Positions 1 through 12,719 of a DNA stretch of 64,000 bases are shown here, one piece after another. Below the pieces are notes generated by a model, which saw nothing but the letters and a program-made list of their open reading frames with translations, was not told the origin of the DNA and did no database searches. The stretch's first letter is position 1. The number at the start of each line of letters is the position of its first letter. The DNA is from Tubiluchus corallicola (taxonomy: Eukaryota; Animalia; Priapulida), in NCBI GenBank assembly GCA_030141605.1, contig JAQGDQ010000179.1:248001-312000 (forward strand), given 5' to 3'. A program made the translations under genes and the position numbers.

Positions 1-77
1 GTTTCACTAAGTGCTGAATTCTAACTTGGGCAATTACATAACAAATTAAAACATAACACTTTCGTGAGCTAACGTGA

Positions 78-325
78 TAACAATGACGATGATAACGGCG
101 ATTATGACGATGATGATGATGGCGATGACGAAGATGACAGTTATAACGGAAAGAATAATATAATGGTTTTAAGACACGTGAAGAAAGCACCTCTAATACA
201 TAGATGTGTGTTATTGTGTGGATACTTTAATCCTAAGTGCACAGAGAATGCAATGTGTCGTAATCATCACCACCATGGTCCTTTTCATCGTCATCATCAT
301 CATCAGCAGCAGCAGCAGCATCGTG
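78..325. repeat. Imperfect trinucleotide simple repeats (GAT/GAC)n and (CAT)n(CAG)n
   Basis: Read directly: gatgacgatgat-type runs at about 78-140 and catcatcat...cagcagcag at about 264-321. Confidence 0.75.
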
Positions 326-829
326 ACTGTCATGTAAAACACCGCATCCTGTTTAAATATGTACAAAAATAAATATGACGAGCCGCCCTAAGAGGATATC
401 GTGACACTAAAATATCGTAGGATATGAAAAATGGCAATGTCTGCATGGAACAGACCAAATTATTATGTAATGCTGCAGGCAATTTTTGCCGATTAAAATT
501 ATTACAAACATTTAGCGCAGGTTGTTTCCATAGATATTTTGCAAGCACACAGAAATGTATCTCTTCATTTTATTAATTTCGTGGTGTTTGTGAAAAAAGA
601 CCCAGAGTTGCAATCATTTTAAAAGACCAATAGGAAAAGGCGTTAACATGAATTTAAAATTAACTCTTTCCGTCTGCGAGGCAATTTCATGACCTCCGCA
701 ACTTTGCCGTGTCTTAAGTCACGGCTACTGTCATAATACCTTGACCATTGGAATGCCTCTGTGTTATTACGTACACAATGCATATATATATATATATATC
801 TGGCGTAAAAAGCAAGCAAATTCCTCACA

Positions 830-1450
830 ATCAGTTATTAGTAACCGAGATCTTACAATTAAGTACGCTGGTAGTTATCAAAATGTAAGCACTGCACTGC
901 TACTGATCTTGTTGGTCAGGTATTGAAACAGGGTACGTTAAACGTAGAAAAATCCCGGCTGAGAATCGTATATGCACATATTATTTAGGAAAAGAAATAG
1001 AAGACGAATTGCACTTTGTTATAAAATGCTCATATTACAATGATCTTAGAGGAAAATTATATAATCACATCAATGTAATTATACCAGAATTTTTCTTTAT
1101 GAGCGATGCTGATAATTTTTCATTCTTGATGGGAAGTAATGATTTAGAAGTAATTAAGGCATTTATTGATTATGTTAAAAAGCGTTTTTAAGAACTTGAT
1201 GAACGATATACTATATAGTGACCATATCATTGAAAATGAGGCCAGATGAGTGACAATTTATTTTAAATACTGATCACTAAACTCTTCATTTAAGTAATTA
1301 AAATAACTAACAGGAAGGCTTTACAATGTTTGTTTTATCAATGTGAGTGTTTTGTTTGTCTGCAATGTCACTATTTTTCAAAATTGTTTTTCCTCTTGTA
1401 TTGTATGTAATTTGGACACTAATAAATATGAAATATGAAATATGAAATAT
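830..1450 (+). mobile_element. 3' fragment of a non-LTR retrotransposon (L2/CR1 group): RT C-terminal Zn-finger remnant and tandem-repeat tail
   Basis: Translation ENRICTYYLGKEIEDELHFVIKCSYYNDLR fits the R-x-C...EDExHF-xx-C-xx-Y-xx-LR C-terminal motif of LINE ORF2. AATAAA at 1421 is followed by an (AAATATG)n tail at 1424-1450. Confidence 0.65.
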
Positions 1451-2188
1451 ATCGGGAAACGCTGAGACAGTTATAGAAAGCAATTACAGTTAATAAAAAT
1501 CATTTATCATATCATAAGAAATCACTCTTGCTTAGAGATTTACAAAAACTTGGGCCCTTGTTATGAAATCCTAGCCAGCTTTTGGTAACCATTTTAGATC
1601 CATGTGTACGTGATACAAAATATGACGCATTTTCGTTATTATTTTGTATTTTAATTGCATATGAAACAAGCATTTAACTTTGATTTTACACAAAACAAAT
1701 TCTATTTAAATGTTGTTTTTAACTTTCACCAATTTGTTGTATTATAACTAGTGTTCTGGCGTTCAGCTAAAATTGCTTGTTACTCGTTAACCGTAGTTTC
1801 ATTATTATCTTAGTTTACTTTAAAATAGTTGGGACATCGCATAAAAATATACATTGCTTGATCATTACAAAATTTGAAAATAAAATGAAGTAGATAAAAT
1901 TAAAACAATAAAGGCATTCTGAGGTATATCTGGTCAATAAAATGGGCTCCTATTACATTCGTGTTTACTTAGCCTGAAATAAGTACTCGTATAAATAAAG
2001 GGCATAATTAACGAACGTAGTAGTAAACAAAGAAAAAAACAAATGCAATATTTGGCAAAATTTCTAAGTTAGGTAGCCAGTGACTACACATAACAAATAC
2101 CAAAAAAGCATTGTAGCCCATTCATGACAGGCAATCACTGAATGCTATTTCACATTGTATAATGTATGCTATCATTATCTTATTGCAA

Positions 2189-2231
<43 letters not shown>

Positions 2232-2860
2232 ATTGTATGAACGTAAAAATATATATTTATTTTTTAAATAAAGAAATGAAAATAAAATATGTAAACGATA
2301 TACAAATATCCACTAATCTAAGCGCACAAATTGACAACAACTACGCATGTGCACATTAAGCTTTGCATGCGCCCAGACTTTAATTTTAATATGATCCTAG
2401 ATTCTGCATGATTAATTTCCAGGTTCTTAACCCTGTTCTGCATTCCTACAGGAAAAGAATGTGATATTTCCAGTTGCCCATTAGGGAAGGTAATCTTGAG
2501 TTCGAAGACATAGGTTAAAATGATTAGTAATATTTGAATCAATTTTGTTTCTACAGCGCTTTTTCCGTAAATCTATTGGAAAATCAGAATCATTTTTGAA
2601 TAATATGAGTCATTTTTATACATTATTTTTATTCGTATCAAATTAATACTGTACTTGTAAACAAACCACATTTTGATATACTGCACAATGAGCAAATTTA
2701 GGAAATAATAAACAGATAAATACACAATTTCTAAAGAGAGTTAATAGTTCTGATTAACTATAGTAGTGTATTAATTAATTGGTTTCATTTTACTATAGAC
2801 AAGTGGCTCTGACAGATTCCGTACTGACTTGTATAAAAATTCAGATCTGTTTCAGCCATA

Positions 2861-2932
2861 CGGCTTGATAGCTCAAGTGAATGAGCATGTACCATAATAC
2901 TACAAGGTTCTCGGCTGGAGTCCTGGTTGACT
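2861..2932 (+). mobile_element. tRNA-derived SINE head (decayed)
   Basis: A-box-like tagctcaagtg and degenerate B-box-like ggctggagtcc at tRNA-like spacing. No intact cloverleaf. Confidence 0.35.
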
Positions 2933-5084
2933 CACAGTCTTCAGAATCTTCCTTCTACTAAATGTAACTGTTAGTTTCATTTGATACTTAAGCAATGGAC
3001 GTTGATGACGGTCAATAGCTCCAGAATATATTATATTTGGAATTTTACCATTAATACCATTTTTGCTAGGCAGTGAAATTGGGCTCACTATAGGTCATCT
3101 CAAGTTCAATGCGACACGTCAGTTTGTGGTAGGTCGTTAGGTCGTCATTTAAGCTAAAAATTGTTGAAATTTAAAAAAGTGAAATTTACAAAAAATTAAG
3201 TGGCAGACCTTTCAAGTCTCGTATTATTTTTATTACAAAGATGTTTATTTGTAATGACATCCTACTTCTGTTCCAGTAAAGAATATGTGAACACAAGTAG
3301 TCTCGATCCTATAATCTTATTGCAAAGTACATTTATACATAAAAGCAATAAAAGTCGACCTTAATCAAAGTCTGCGCCGTATAAAGTCGTGATTGCTGAC
3401 GGGTTAATTGGCGCAAACATCGGCTCAATTCACTACCCGGACTACAGAGTATGCGTAGCAAAACAAGACGATCACGTTTATAAGGTGCACCATCCGCAGC
3501 ATACAAGGAGTCAATGCTCCAGGTGCAATGCGTATCATATCCATCTCCGTATTGGCTGTCCCAGTCAACAAAAGAGTTTTCTTCTTATAATGAAACCAAA
3601 TGTACAGGCTATATAAACTAGTATAATTTATAAAAAAAAGTTACCGTGCTGTAAATTTGTTCAATAAATTGTACAATTGAAGTTATTACACAAAAAACAC
3701 TATTCTTGATTGCACAACTTTCAATGTTTTTAAATTTGAATGGTCGCTAATTGCTCTGCAGTTTATCTAAAGACGGCCTGACTCACTGTCAGACAACGAC
3801 GAAGGAATTCATTCAGACTTTCAGAGAGAAGATGCATATAAGCTTACTGTCCCTCCTCGACAACCCACGTCACAATGCTTCTGCTTTACAAAAAATATTA
3901 AGGTTGATGTTCACAACCGAACACCTGGATCCGGCACTGGTGTTCTTTGATTAATTTTCCATGCACCCAGCTTCCTAATTTATATTCTTGACATATACGT
4001 AAGGTACCTAATATATGTTCTAAACAGGTTTACAATTCTAATTCTAACCTCGGCGGCCATCTTGGTGTCATCCAGGTCAGCAACATAAAACCCGCGTAAC
4101 CTGACAAAAATATTTTGTCATATTTTAGTGAGCGTGGGCTAAACACGTGGGTTGAGGCGTTGTCTTTGAGAACTGCGTTTAGGTAAATCTTTTTTTTGTC
4201 AATAATTGGTATTGTAATTATTATTAATACTAATTAATGAAGGCTAATTTTTCATAAAAACCGTTATAAATTTGGAAAAAGTTTTTGTCCATTGAATGTT
4301 AATTTTCAGTTTGCTGTATCTGTTGTTTTGCTTTTTTCTTTCAAAATGTGTAACGTAAATTTATGGCTTTGCAAAACAGACAATTGATTGTGTTTCAGTA
4401 GCTTGATGGGCTGACACTTGAAATTCGGGTTACTCAAAATGAGTAAGGCGTTTGAGTAGTTTGGGTTAGGAAACATTCCTGAGCTAAGTTATCGAAAGCA
4501 TGAGCACTTTAAGCTACTCAAACTGAGATCAACACACTCATTTCAGTGATCACAAAACTGGCTTAATTTTGAACAAACAGTTACACAAATTTGCTGAGAC
4601 ATGTAGTCATTGTGCTTATTCTTGCTTTTACTCAGTTTAAGTTAAATTCATCAAACATTATCAAAAAAAGAAGGAAAAAAATTCGCGCACACGCACATTG
4701 AATTAGTGTTATCCTAGCCTAATGCATCATTAACAGTCAAATGAACTGCGCTTGCCAAATTTGAATTTGCCTATTAATTTATCTACCTATTTGACTAATT
4801 TTTGAGAAGTGAGTCGACAAAACATCTGCACAGTCTTTACATCTGTACATACAAAGCCTTTTTCACGAAACTGAGACGATTCTATGTGCAGAAGCATAAA
4901 CAGAAATAAATAAATGTGTATTTTTGTGAGAAGGTGCTGCATAAAATCTGTGTTTAATCACTCAGTGTTAGGGTTGTTTTAGGAATTTTTTGTACAGTTT
5001 GTTACATTCCATGACAGAAAGAACTCAAAGGCAGGGCCTATGTAAAGAAAAGTTTGTGACGTAAACATAGTTTGATTCATTACC

Positions 5085-5130
5085 AAGGACATCTCTCATA
5101 GATGAGCCACTGAACCAGCAGAAGTGTCTC
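5085..5130 (+). repeat. Dispersed ~46-bp repeat, copy 1 (copy 2 inverted at 62837-62882)
   Basis: aaggacatctctcatagatgagccactgaaccagcagaagtgtctc matches the reverse complement of 62837-62882 (aaggttatctctctaagatgagccactgaactgacagaggtgtctc). Confidence 0.7.
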
Positions 5131-5443
5131 GGCCAGGTTCGGATGCATGCCCATCTCCCTTTATGAAAATCTAATGCTGTTCTGGTCTCTTAATTTTCGG
5201 AAAATTCCAAATTTAGCATCACACAGCATTCTCCAGCAAATACTAACGGTCTAGTACAAGGTATAGATAGAATTTGGCTTTGCTTTGTTTGATTTAGGAC
5301 CTCCAAGTACAACCATTCCAAAGGGTTAAAAGAAAGGAAAGCGGATGTAATGTAAATGTTACAGACGTTCTAGTCGATCAGATTTACAAATCTTTAGATA
5401 ACTTTCAGCATCTATCTTTCGTAGTGTCTACCGTTTATTACAA

Positions 5444-8400
5444 ATGAGGATTCAACAAATTTTACTACAAGCGCTAATAGTCTTTTCAGGGGTAAGTAAA
5501 ATTTTAAAAAGCTCTAGCAATTACATAAATGTGTCATCACACGATATTAACTTGTTTTTAATACAGATCGCCCCCAACAAGACCAATTATCCTTCAAGGT
5601 GGCAAGAAAGTAAAGATATGAACGGCATAGCCAGAAAAATAGAATTTGTGTAACTAATTTGGTCATTGATAGAAGGCAGCTGTTCTTCTTGAATCAAGTG
5701 AGATTATGGCTTGAAGAGCTTGAAGGAAATAATTATCTCTTAAAGAAGTTCACCGATAAGTAGCCCATGGGAAAACCGAGAAAAAATAGAAAAACATACG
5801 TGGTCTGTGTATGGCTACAACTGGTCCACTAAACACTACTCTGCTGTCAATTAAGAAATTTCCACAATTTTTAGCTGTCAACTAACACTAGGTTTTGTAT
5901 GTTAGTTTTGTAATCACAACTTAAGCAACATGTGAACGCAACTAAATGGAACTTTATCCAGCGGCCAGCTTGGGTATGAGTTAAAATCTAAATAAATAAG
6001 GTAAAATTCAGTTTTTTCTCCCTCTAGAGCGGCGTTTAGAACATCGGTGTTTTCGAGATACTTTTAAATACTGTCAAACGAACGATTTCCAAGAAGATTT
6101 GATAAGTTCGTTTTTGTGTATGTTGTAAATAAATTAATCGAAATGATTTCTGCTCTGCAAGGTATTGCTAGACAAACAGTTATCCAATATGAGAACTAGG
6201 GACGGTTGAGTTTTGGACGAAGTTTTTCTTTGAGTGTGTGAGAATCGGGACCAAACCCCAAACGTTTCTGTAGACCAAACCCTAATATGTAGAGAAAGAT
6301 ATCACAATATTTTTCACTACTATTATTCCTTTAAAATGGGCTCTAGTTTCCAGCGGTACGGACATTTCAAACACATATTGTTGAAGTGGAAGAATGACGC
6401 TATGACCAATGTAGATGATTTTAATAATATTCGACCTTCGGCAAATTTTGGATACTGTGGCTTGGAGTGAGATGGTTTTCAAAAACTTTTAAATTTAAAA
6501 CAGCGATTCATTGTCACTAGATTGAATGCTATTTCGCTATTTTGGGTTCTGTCGTGCACGTATCTCTGCGCTCAACTTTGACAGAAAACTTATACAGCTT
6601 TTAAATAATGTCTGTTGCAAATAACATGCCAAAGCATGCATGAAATTTATATATATAGATGTCGTGCAAATGAGTTTACTCACCGCATTAGTCACTTAAG
6701 GCGCGTTCAGACGCAGATACTTGTCGCATCGTCTCTCTGTGAGTAAAGTCGCACGTGTGAAAAGCTTGTATCGCTAATTATTGCAAACTCAGCGAGAGTT
6801 GCTGAGAATTAAGTTGCGCAACAAGTTGCGGCAGAAGTCTGTACATCTAAAGGCGCCATTAGTCTATGTATTTCATGTACGTCTAAAGGCGCAAACACAT
6901 GTATGTCAAAAACAATGTAAATAAAAATTGTACATCTGCCCACTTCGCAGACGGGCTAGCAGTAGCAGTCGTTGGCCTTTGAAGCTACCGGGTAAACAAA
7001 TAACGCCTGTAGCGTAACGCATTAAAACTTTTGTAGCGTTCTAAATAGCATTTTTAAATAGCAATATATTATACAAGAAAAAACATTTTATTGCTTAAAT
7101 TTGGTAGCCACATTACACGTAGTATGTTAATAAAATGCTAATTAATATGTTAATTCCACTTTAGGGAACTGGCATAACATTATTAACAAATTATGCTATC
7201 GTTAATACTGCTACACATATAGAAAACGGCCACTTAAATTGACTGTCACGCGTAAGGTTGCCAAAGGTTTGCAAATTTCGCTTATGTTCTTTAAGCTCAT
7301 AAAGAAAAAAGACCCAGGTGACGTCACGTTACCAAAAATTTTCCCAACGACATAAAGGATTCTCAATAGGCACCGCTTAATAGACTCACTTTAAAATAAG
7401 TATTTTGACCCAATTAACCCACTGAATTTTTCAGCTAACTGGTGTAGCATTACTATTGTAGACGGACAAGCCAAAACTGCGTTTAACATGACTGTTTCTA
7501 CATATATTATAATACACAAAAGCGAGTAAAGGTGACACAAAAGTAGTAAAAGTACTTTGGTCACACCAAGTGCCTTGTTCTAAGTTTGTTAAACAAAAAT
7601 ATTGAGCCAATTATGCACAGTTATTTGAGTCAATTACCGGCGGTTTTACATACGTTTGAGTTGGAGCGGCCCGCATCAGGCGTTTGTAATTTAAAATTTG
7701 TGTAATGTCCAGCGGCATTTCTGCATGGATATTAAAAGGTTTACCATTGGGATTAAAGCAAGTTCTATGTTGAAAATTAATTCCTTGTCCCGTATGATAT
7801 CACGCAATAGCCGTTACCCAAGTGACGTCAAGAATATAATTATAAATAAGTATAATTTACTTCGCCACAGCTATAAAAGTTGATTTACCGATTCTTTTTT
7901 ACTACACTTTCCAAAGAGTCAAAGCAACAAATAATGACACGTTTTGTTGTTCTGCAGATTTTATCCCTTGTCGAGGGATGGTACGGATACGGGGGATATT
8001 ACGGTTACCCTTATTACGGAGGGTATTACGATGATTGTCACTACCCATATTACGGTGGATACGGTGGTTACTACGGGTACGGATACGGCTATCCGTGGTA
8101 AGTGACTATAACAAATTGGCGTGTTCTTCCATGGTTAGATTAGCTTTCTTTATATTAAAAAGGCTTACTTGTTCTAATTCAAGCAAATTTGTTTATAAAG
8201 TTAATTAACTGATTGATATTGTATCACTTAAGCAGTCAATTATTCAATTGCTGGTTTATTTACAAAAGTCACCTTAAATGACTGACAATAACTATTGTTA
8301 CTGTTAGTACAGAAAACAAACTAAAGTTTACTGATTTAACTTTTTATTTGTTTCAGCTGGGGTGGATGGGGTTGGGGAGGTTATGGAGGTTGGGGATGGG

Positions 8401-8744
8401 GCGGCTGGGGATGGGGTTGGGGTGGTTGGGGATGGGGTGGATGGGGATGGGGGCGAGGACGTTGGGGACGTGGACGAGGTCGCTATGGACGGTATGGTCG
8501 ACGAGGTTATGGCAGAGGATTTGGATACGGTCGTTTTAGAGGCGGTTACGGACGAGGTAGATTCGGCCGGGGTGGATTCGGGCGATTCGGACGAGGTGGA
8601 TTTGGGCGGGGCGGATTTGGTCGAGGTGGATTCGGACGAGGTGGATTTGGTCGAGGAGGATTTGGTGGCCGCGGAGGATTTGGTGGCCGAGGAGGTGGTC
8701 GAGGGGGCGGGCGTGGAGGCGGAGGCAGGGGTGGAAGAGGTTAG
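5444..8744 (+). CDS. Secreted glycine-rich low-complexity protein, 191 aa, with Tyr-, Trp- and Arg/Phe-rich blocks; exons 5444-5491, 7958-8097, 8357-8744
   Basis: Exon 1 MRIQQILLQALIVFSG|gtaagt (phase 0). Acceptor ttctgcag|ILSLVEG-WYGYGGYYGYP...GYP-TG|gtaagt (phase 2). Acceptor tttcag|C then WGGWGWGG...RGGFGRGGF...RGGRG, TAG at 8742-8744. Splicing builds a clean ~23-aa signal peptide ending VEG. AATAAA at 9062. Gly codons vary at third positions, as expected for coding DNA. Confidence 0.85.
6699..6858. mobile_element. PIF/Harbinger-type MITE (same family as 41145-41450), in intron 1 of the Gly-rich gene
   Basis: Imperfect TIRs aggcgcgttcagacgcaga... / ...tctgtacatctaaaggcgcca, flanked by TTA at 6696-6698 and 6859-6861. 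Shares gagtaaagt and aagttgc.caacaagttgcg with the 41-kb copy. Confidence 0.65.
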
Positions 8745-11705
8745 ACCTGTTTGAACTGGGATTGACTCATTTGTTTGACTATCGTCTTTAGTCTGTAGTC
8801 AGTATATTTTTTACTTCAGCTGCAATTTTGCACGTACTTGCCAAGTTGCAATACTCATCATAAGACACCGAAAGTAACACACTGACTAGTCTTTTTAAAG
8901 CGTTAACTTCTTACTTGGAACTTCTTCATTAGTCTTAGGCGCTGTTTTAACTTCATATCAAAAAAGCTGCGTAGGAAATGTTAGAGCATACATCTAGTAA
9001 ATGTATTTAATGGCAATTTTACATTTTTGTTTTCTTTGTTATTTTGAATTTTGACTGTTGTAATAAATACAAAATTTTAAGCAAAGATTTTTTACGACAT
9101 TTATTTACAAGTTATTTTGTTGCAATATATTTGCTCTTTCGTATTCTGCTTTAGTACTGTGAGACATATATGAGTTTTATAAACAGTAATCGCTCGGCTA
9201 ATTATGAAACTTCTTAAGTGTTAACTGGTTGTTAGTTAATTTAATAATTGGTTTAACGATTGCTTATTTGATTGCCTATCGTTAAATATTTATTCACTGG
9301 TCTATTGACTTAGCCAGTCAACCAAACAACAAACTAAACTAACTAGTGAACCACGGACAAATAACCAACCTAACCATTTCTCAATGTGCAAAACCATTCA
9401 GTCAATCAGTTAATCAGTCAATCAGCCAATCCCTCAATTAACCAATTTAACAGCGTATCAGCTAATCTAACAATCGTCTTACTGGTCATCCAACAACAAG
9501 CGATCAGCTTAGTGATAAGGTGTTGATTATAAATCTGCGATTTCTTTTTTTCAACAAGTACGATAAGTGCTGAGGTCAAAATTATATTATTTAAAGTTGT
9601 TAATAATCCTAATATACCTATCGTGGAAATTTCCATTGCGAAGACAAATATGCTGATACAGGAATCATACATGCCTTTAAGCAATACGTTGAACATTAAA
9701 TTGTAATTCATCCGACGTTATCGATGCCAGCCGACTTCATTCTTTTAAGCCTCGTAAGGGAGGAAGTATATTGGAGAAACTACGTACCTGTGACATTACA
9801 TTTATTATGATCATGCTTGTTATAACTTATTATTATGATAACAAAACTGTGAACCTAAACTGGAGTGCAAAATGTTTAATCTGCCAAAAATACGTGACCG
9901 CTGCTACAGCTCGTGCCAAGGCCTCTTGGTTCCAACCTTCTTAGTTCCTTCAATATTATGACGTCGTCAGTTCTTGAGTCATCTCTCGGGCGAAAAATGT
10001 TTTGCTCTTTAACACGGGTCAAGGTAATCCTAGTGCTTAGCATGCACATATAAATCATAAACTTTATTTCACAACACGTAAACAGCTTTATAATAACTTG
10101 ATAACGAAGATATTTGCCTCCCTGTTTGAATGGTCCAACTCTGGGCGAACGTATGATGAAGAAAAAAACGAACCAATGTTTAATTGGACAGCATCAAAAT
10201 AAATAAAGAAAGAAAGGAAGGAAAAAAGAAAAGGGGAGATCATCAGCTACAATAATACATTAATAATTCTTTACCTCATTTATAATATACGCTTTATTAA
10301 ATTGCATGAAGAAGTAAAATATTCACTAACAAATTTTTAAATGGCGTCTTGGTGAGGCTGAAAACACGCAACGTTACGTCATAGTAAGTTTATTTGCCTA
10401 AAAATTTCATATCAATTTCACCTATATGTTTTAGGAAGTGTGAAATAAATGTTTTTGTTGCGTCATTTTCACACTTTACCTAGACGTTTTGTATAATATC
10501 TAGGATATATACAGAATGCGAAAAGTGTCTTTCGCAAAGTGTAACATGGACTTAATTCATGCCAAATTCAACGTTTCCTAGACTTTTATACAATACCTAG
10601 GCATTGTACTGCTGACCTAGATTTCGATCAGAGCAGACGTGTTTGCTTATTGCTCTGAGTAAGTTTAAAAATGGCTTCTCAGTAGAGAGGCTAGCAACTG
10701 TACAGGGGTACACATGTACAGGTCTCCCTGGGCAGTTTATTGTGTTGTATCTTTTTTATTGTTGTGCTAATTTATTATGGATAAAATAAATTAATAAAAT
10801 ATCAAATATCATTGTATAGAATGCGTGAAATGGCTTAGTCACGTTAACTAACATTAAATAAAGCAAGGAGTTCAAGTAAGCAACCGTGTTAATTGTTTTA
10901 TTGGTGTCACTGAGTGGCAGTAAATGAATGATGTAGCAGCCAAATTTAGAATAATTATGGGACTGCACAATCGATCATGTGCATCTTAAGCAGTCCACTT
11001 TCTAGCGTAAAAAATATATAATAAAATAGGATGAAATGGGCTTCTTAATGTAATTTACGTGACGTAAGATCCAATAGCTGAAGTGTGATCGTATAGTGGT
11101 AATAATAATTTATTTATATAACAAGCGTAGAAACAAGCATAGTAAAATCAGTAATACGAGTGATACAGAAAGTATAACAAGTGATAAAACATCGAGCAGA
11201 AGCAAGTCCTTAACACTGCTCTGGAACTCCTTAATATACCCAGTCTGGTTGTCACGGTAACTAGCCGGCGGTGACGTCATATTTATTTTTACCACTGTCA
11301 TAACAACCAGCTCGAAAGTGCCTTCCAAGCAGTCCCAGTCCGTTGCTATGCTTCCTTCCCGTTGTTCTAACGAACTTGACTCGAGTCTATTTATTCTAAT
11401 TATTTATCCAATTAAATGATTAAATTAATATTTTATAACACAAATGAGTTTCATGATGGACAACCATTACAACAAACATAACAACAAACACCGTAATCAA
11501 TAATGAGGAACTTGCTCCTTTTCCCTGACGTACACTAACCCTATCCTGTGTGATGGCAAAGGTGGTAGTTAGTTTGATCATCTCGAATAAAAGTGACATT
11601 AAATGTTATTACGTCATGTTAGTAAACCTGGAAAATAAATTTAAATACGATTCCGGACCGTCTCAGCAAACTACCTTGACATACTGCATAAGTTTACGCT
11701 GGTAT

Positions 11706-12719
11706 TTATCTGGTTAAAACAACTGGATCAGATGTTACATTTGCTACTGCGGATACACCACAGAAAACCTTTCGATATGCCCGACGGAATTTGCGATCTC
11801 TCAAGCCGTAAATAAATGGATTAAAGAACGAATTACAATAAACAACAACAGCTAAAAGCATTAGATCTGGGTGAGATGCGTTTTCTGGGTCAACAAAAGA
11901 TGAAAAAATGTCAATCAGTGATACTACACATAACGGTGCCCAGCATCCGATGAAGGAAAGTAAAACAATACTCATTGTAACCAACATCTTCATCTCTCTC
12001 TTGATGTGTTGAACTTGAGCAGAACTCTCTGCGTCCAAAGGAGACTGTTCTGCCATCTTTCTTGAATGGTAACATGCGATGATCGTTATACGAGAATATA
12101 ATTTCACAGTCACTACTGTTGGTGTTAAGACGGCTAAAATTATAAAACTCAAACAATATTCTGGCCGCAATAATGTCAGAAGAAAGCAATCCAAGAAATT
12201 CGTGTAGTCGTTCCTCCAGAAGAAGTAGGGCAAAGCGCTTATTACCAAAGCAGAGACCCATGTTGCTGCTATCGAAACAAAAACAAAAGTATTTGTCATA
12301 ATGTGATGATACGTTAAAGGATAGATAATAGTCACGTATTGATAGACAGACATCAACATGATACTGTACATAGACGCAGCACAGCCACAGAAATTAACCA
12401 TAAACGTCGTTAGGCATCCATATACTGAAGTCAACAGTTCTGGCACGACCACTGTCACTACAGTGAACAGCAAACCTAAGCCAGCTAACATGTCAGCTAT
12501 AGCTAAGTTTTTGATGAAACTATATTTGGCTTCTCGAAACTGAATGTCAATTGACAAGGCAGTCAAAAGGAGAACGTTGCTGCTAATTACCACAAATGCT
12601 ATGCAGCTACATAATACAATATGACTAATTGAATAATCAAATGATCTGCTGACTACGGTAGCCGTAGCATTTAACATCATTTGTTCTTTGTTTTCGAAAA
12701 TCGGTGTGGTGTTGTTCAT
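11706..12719 (-). CDS. Intronless class A (rhodopsin-like) orphan GPCR, paralog 1 (337 aa)
   Basis: Seven hydrophobic segments. Motifs SN (TM1), NLAIADML (TM2), YQY at the DRY position, CWAP (TM6), NPFIY (TM7) and helix-8 FRRAY. N-terminal N-glycosylation sequons. Confidence 0.92.
   Translation of the reverse strand: MNNTTPIFENKEQMMLNATATVVSRSFDYSISHIVLCSCIAFVVISSNVLLLTALSIDIQFREAKYSFIKNLAIADMLAGLGLLFTVVTVVVPELLTSVYGCLTTFMVNFCGCAASMYSIMLMSVYQYVTIIYPLTYHHIMTNTFVFVSIAATWVSALVISALPYFFWRNDYTNFLDCFLLTLLRPEYCLSFIILAVLTPTVVTVKLYSRITIIACYHSRKMAEQSPLDAESSAQVQHIKREMKMLVTMSIVLLSFIGCWAPLCVVSLIDIFSSFVDPENASHPDLMLLAVVVYCNSFFNPFIYGLRDRKFRRAYRKVFCGVSAVANVTSDPVVLTR

Noticed and set aside
7880-8101. Stand-alone 73-aa Tyr/Gly peptide ORF
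   Set aside because: It begins at a TTG in intronic sequence and its apparent stop lies inside a gtaagt donor. It is better explained as exon 2 of the spliced gene.
8362-8754. 130-aa acidic D/E/V/G-rich ORF and the 8348-8539 ORF in the track
   Set aside because: These are alternative frames of the Gly-rich exon. Only the third frame fits the phase-2 splice junction and shows GGN codons with variable third positions.
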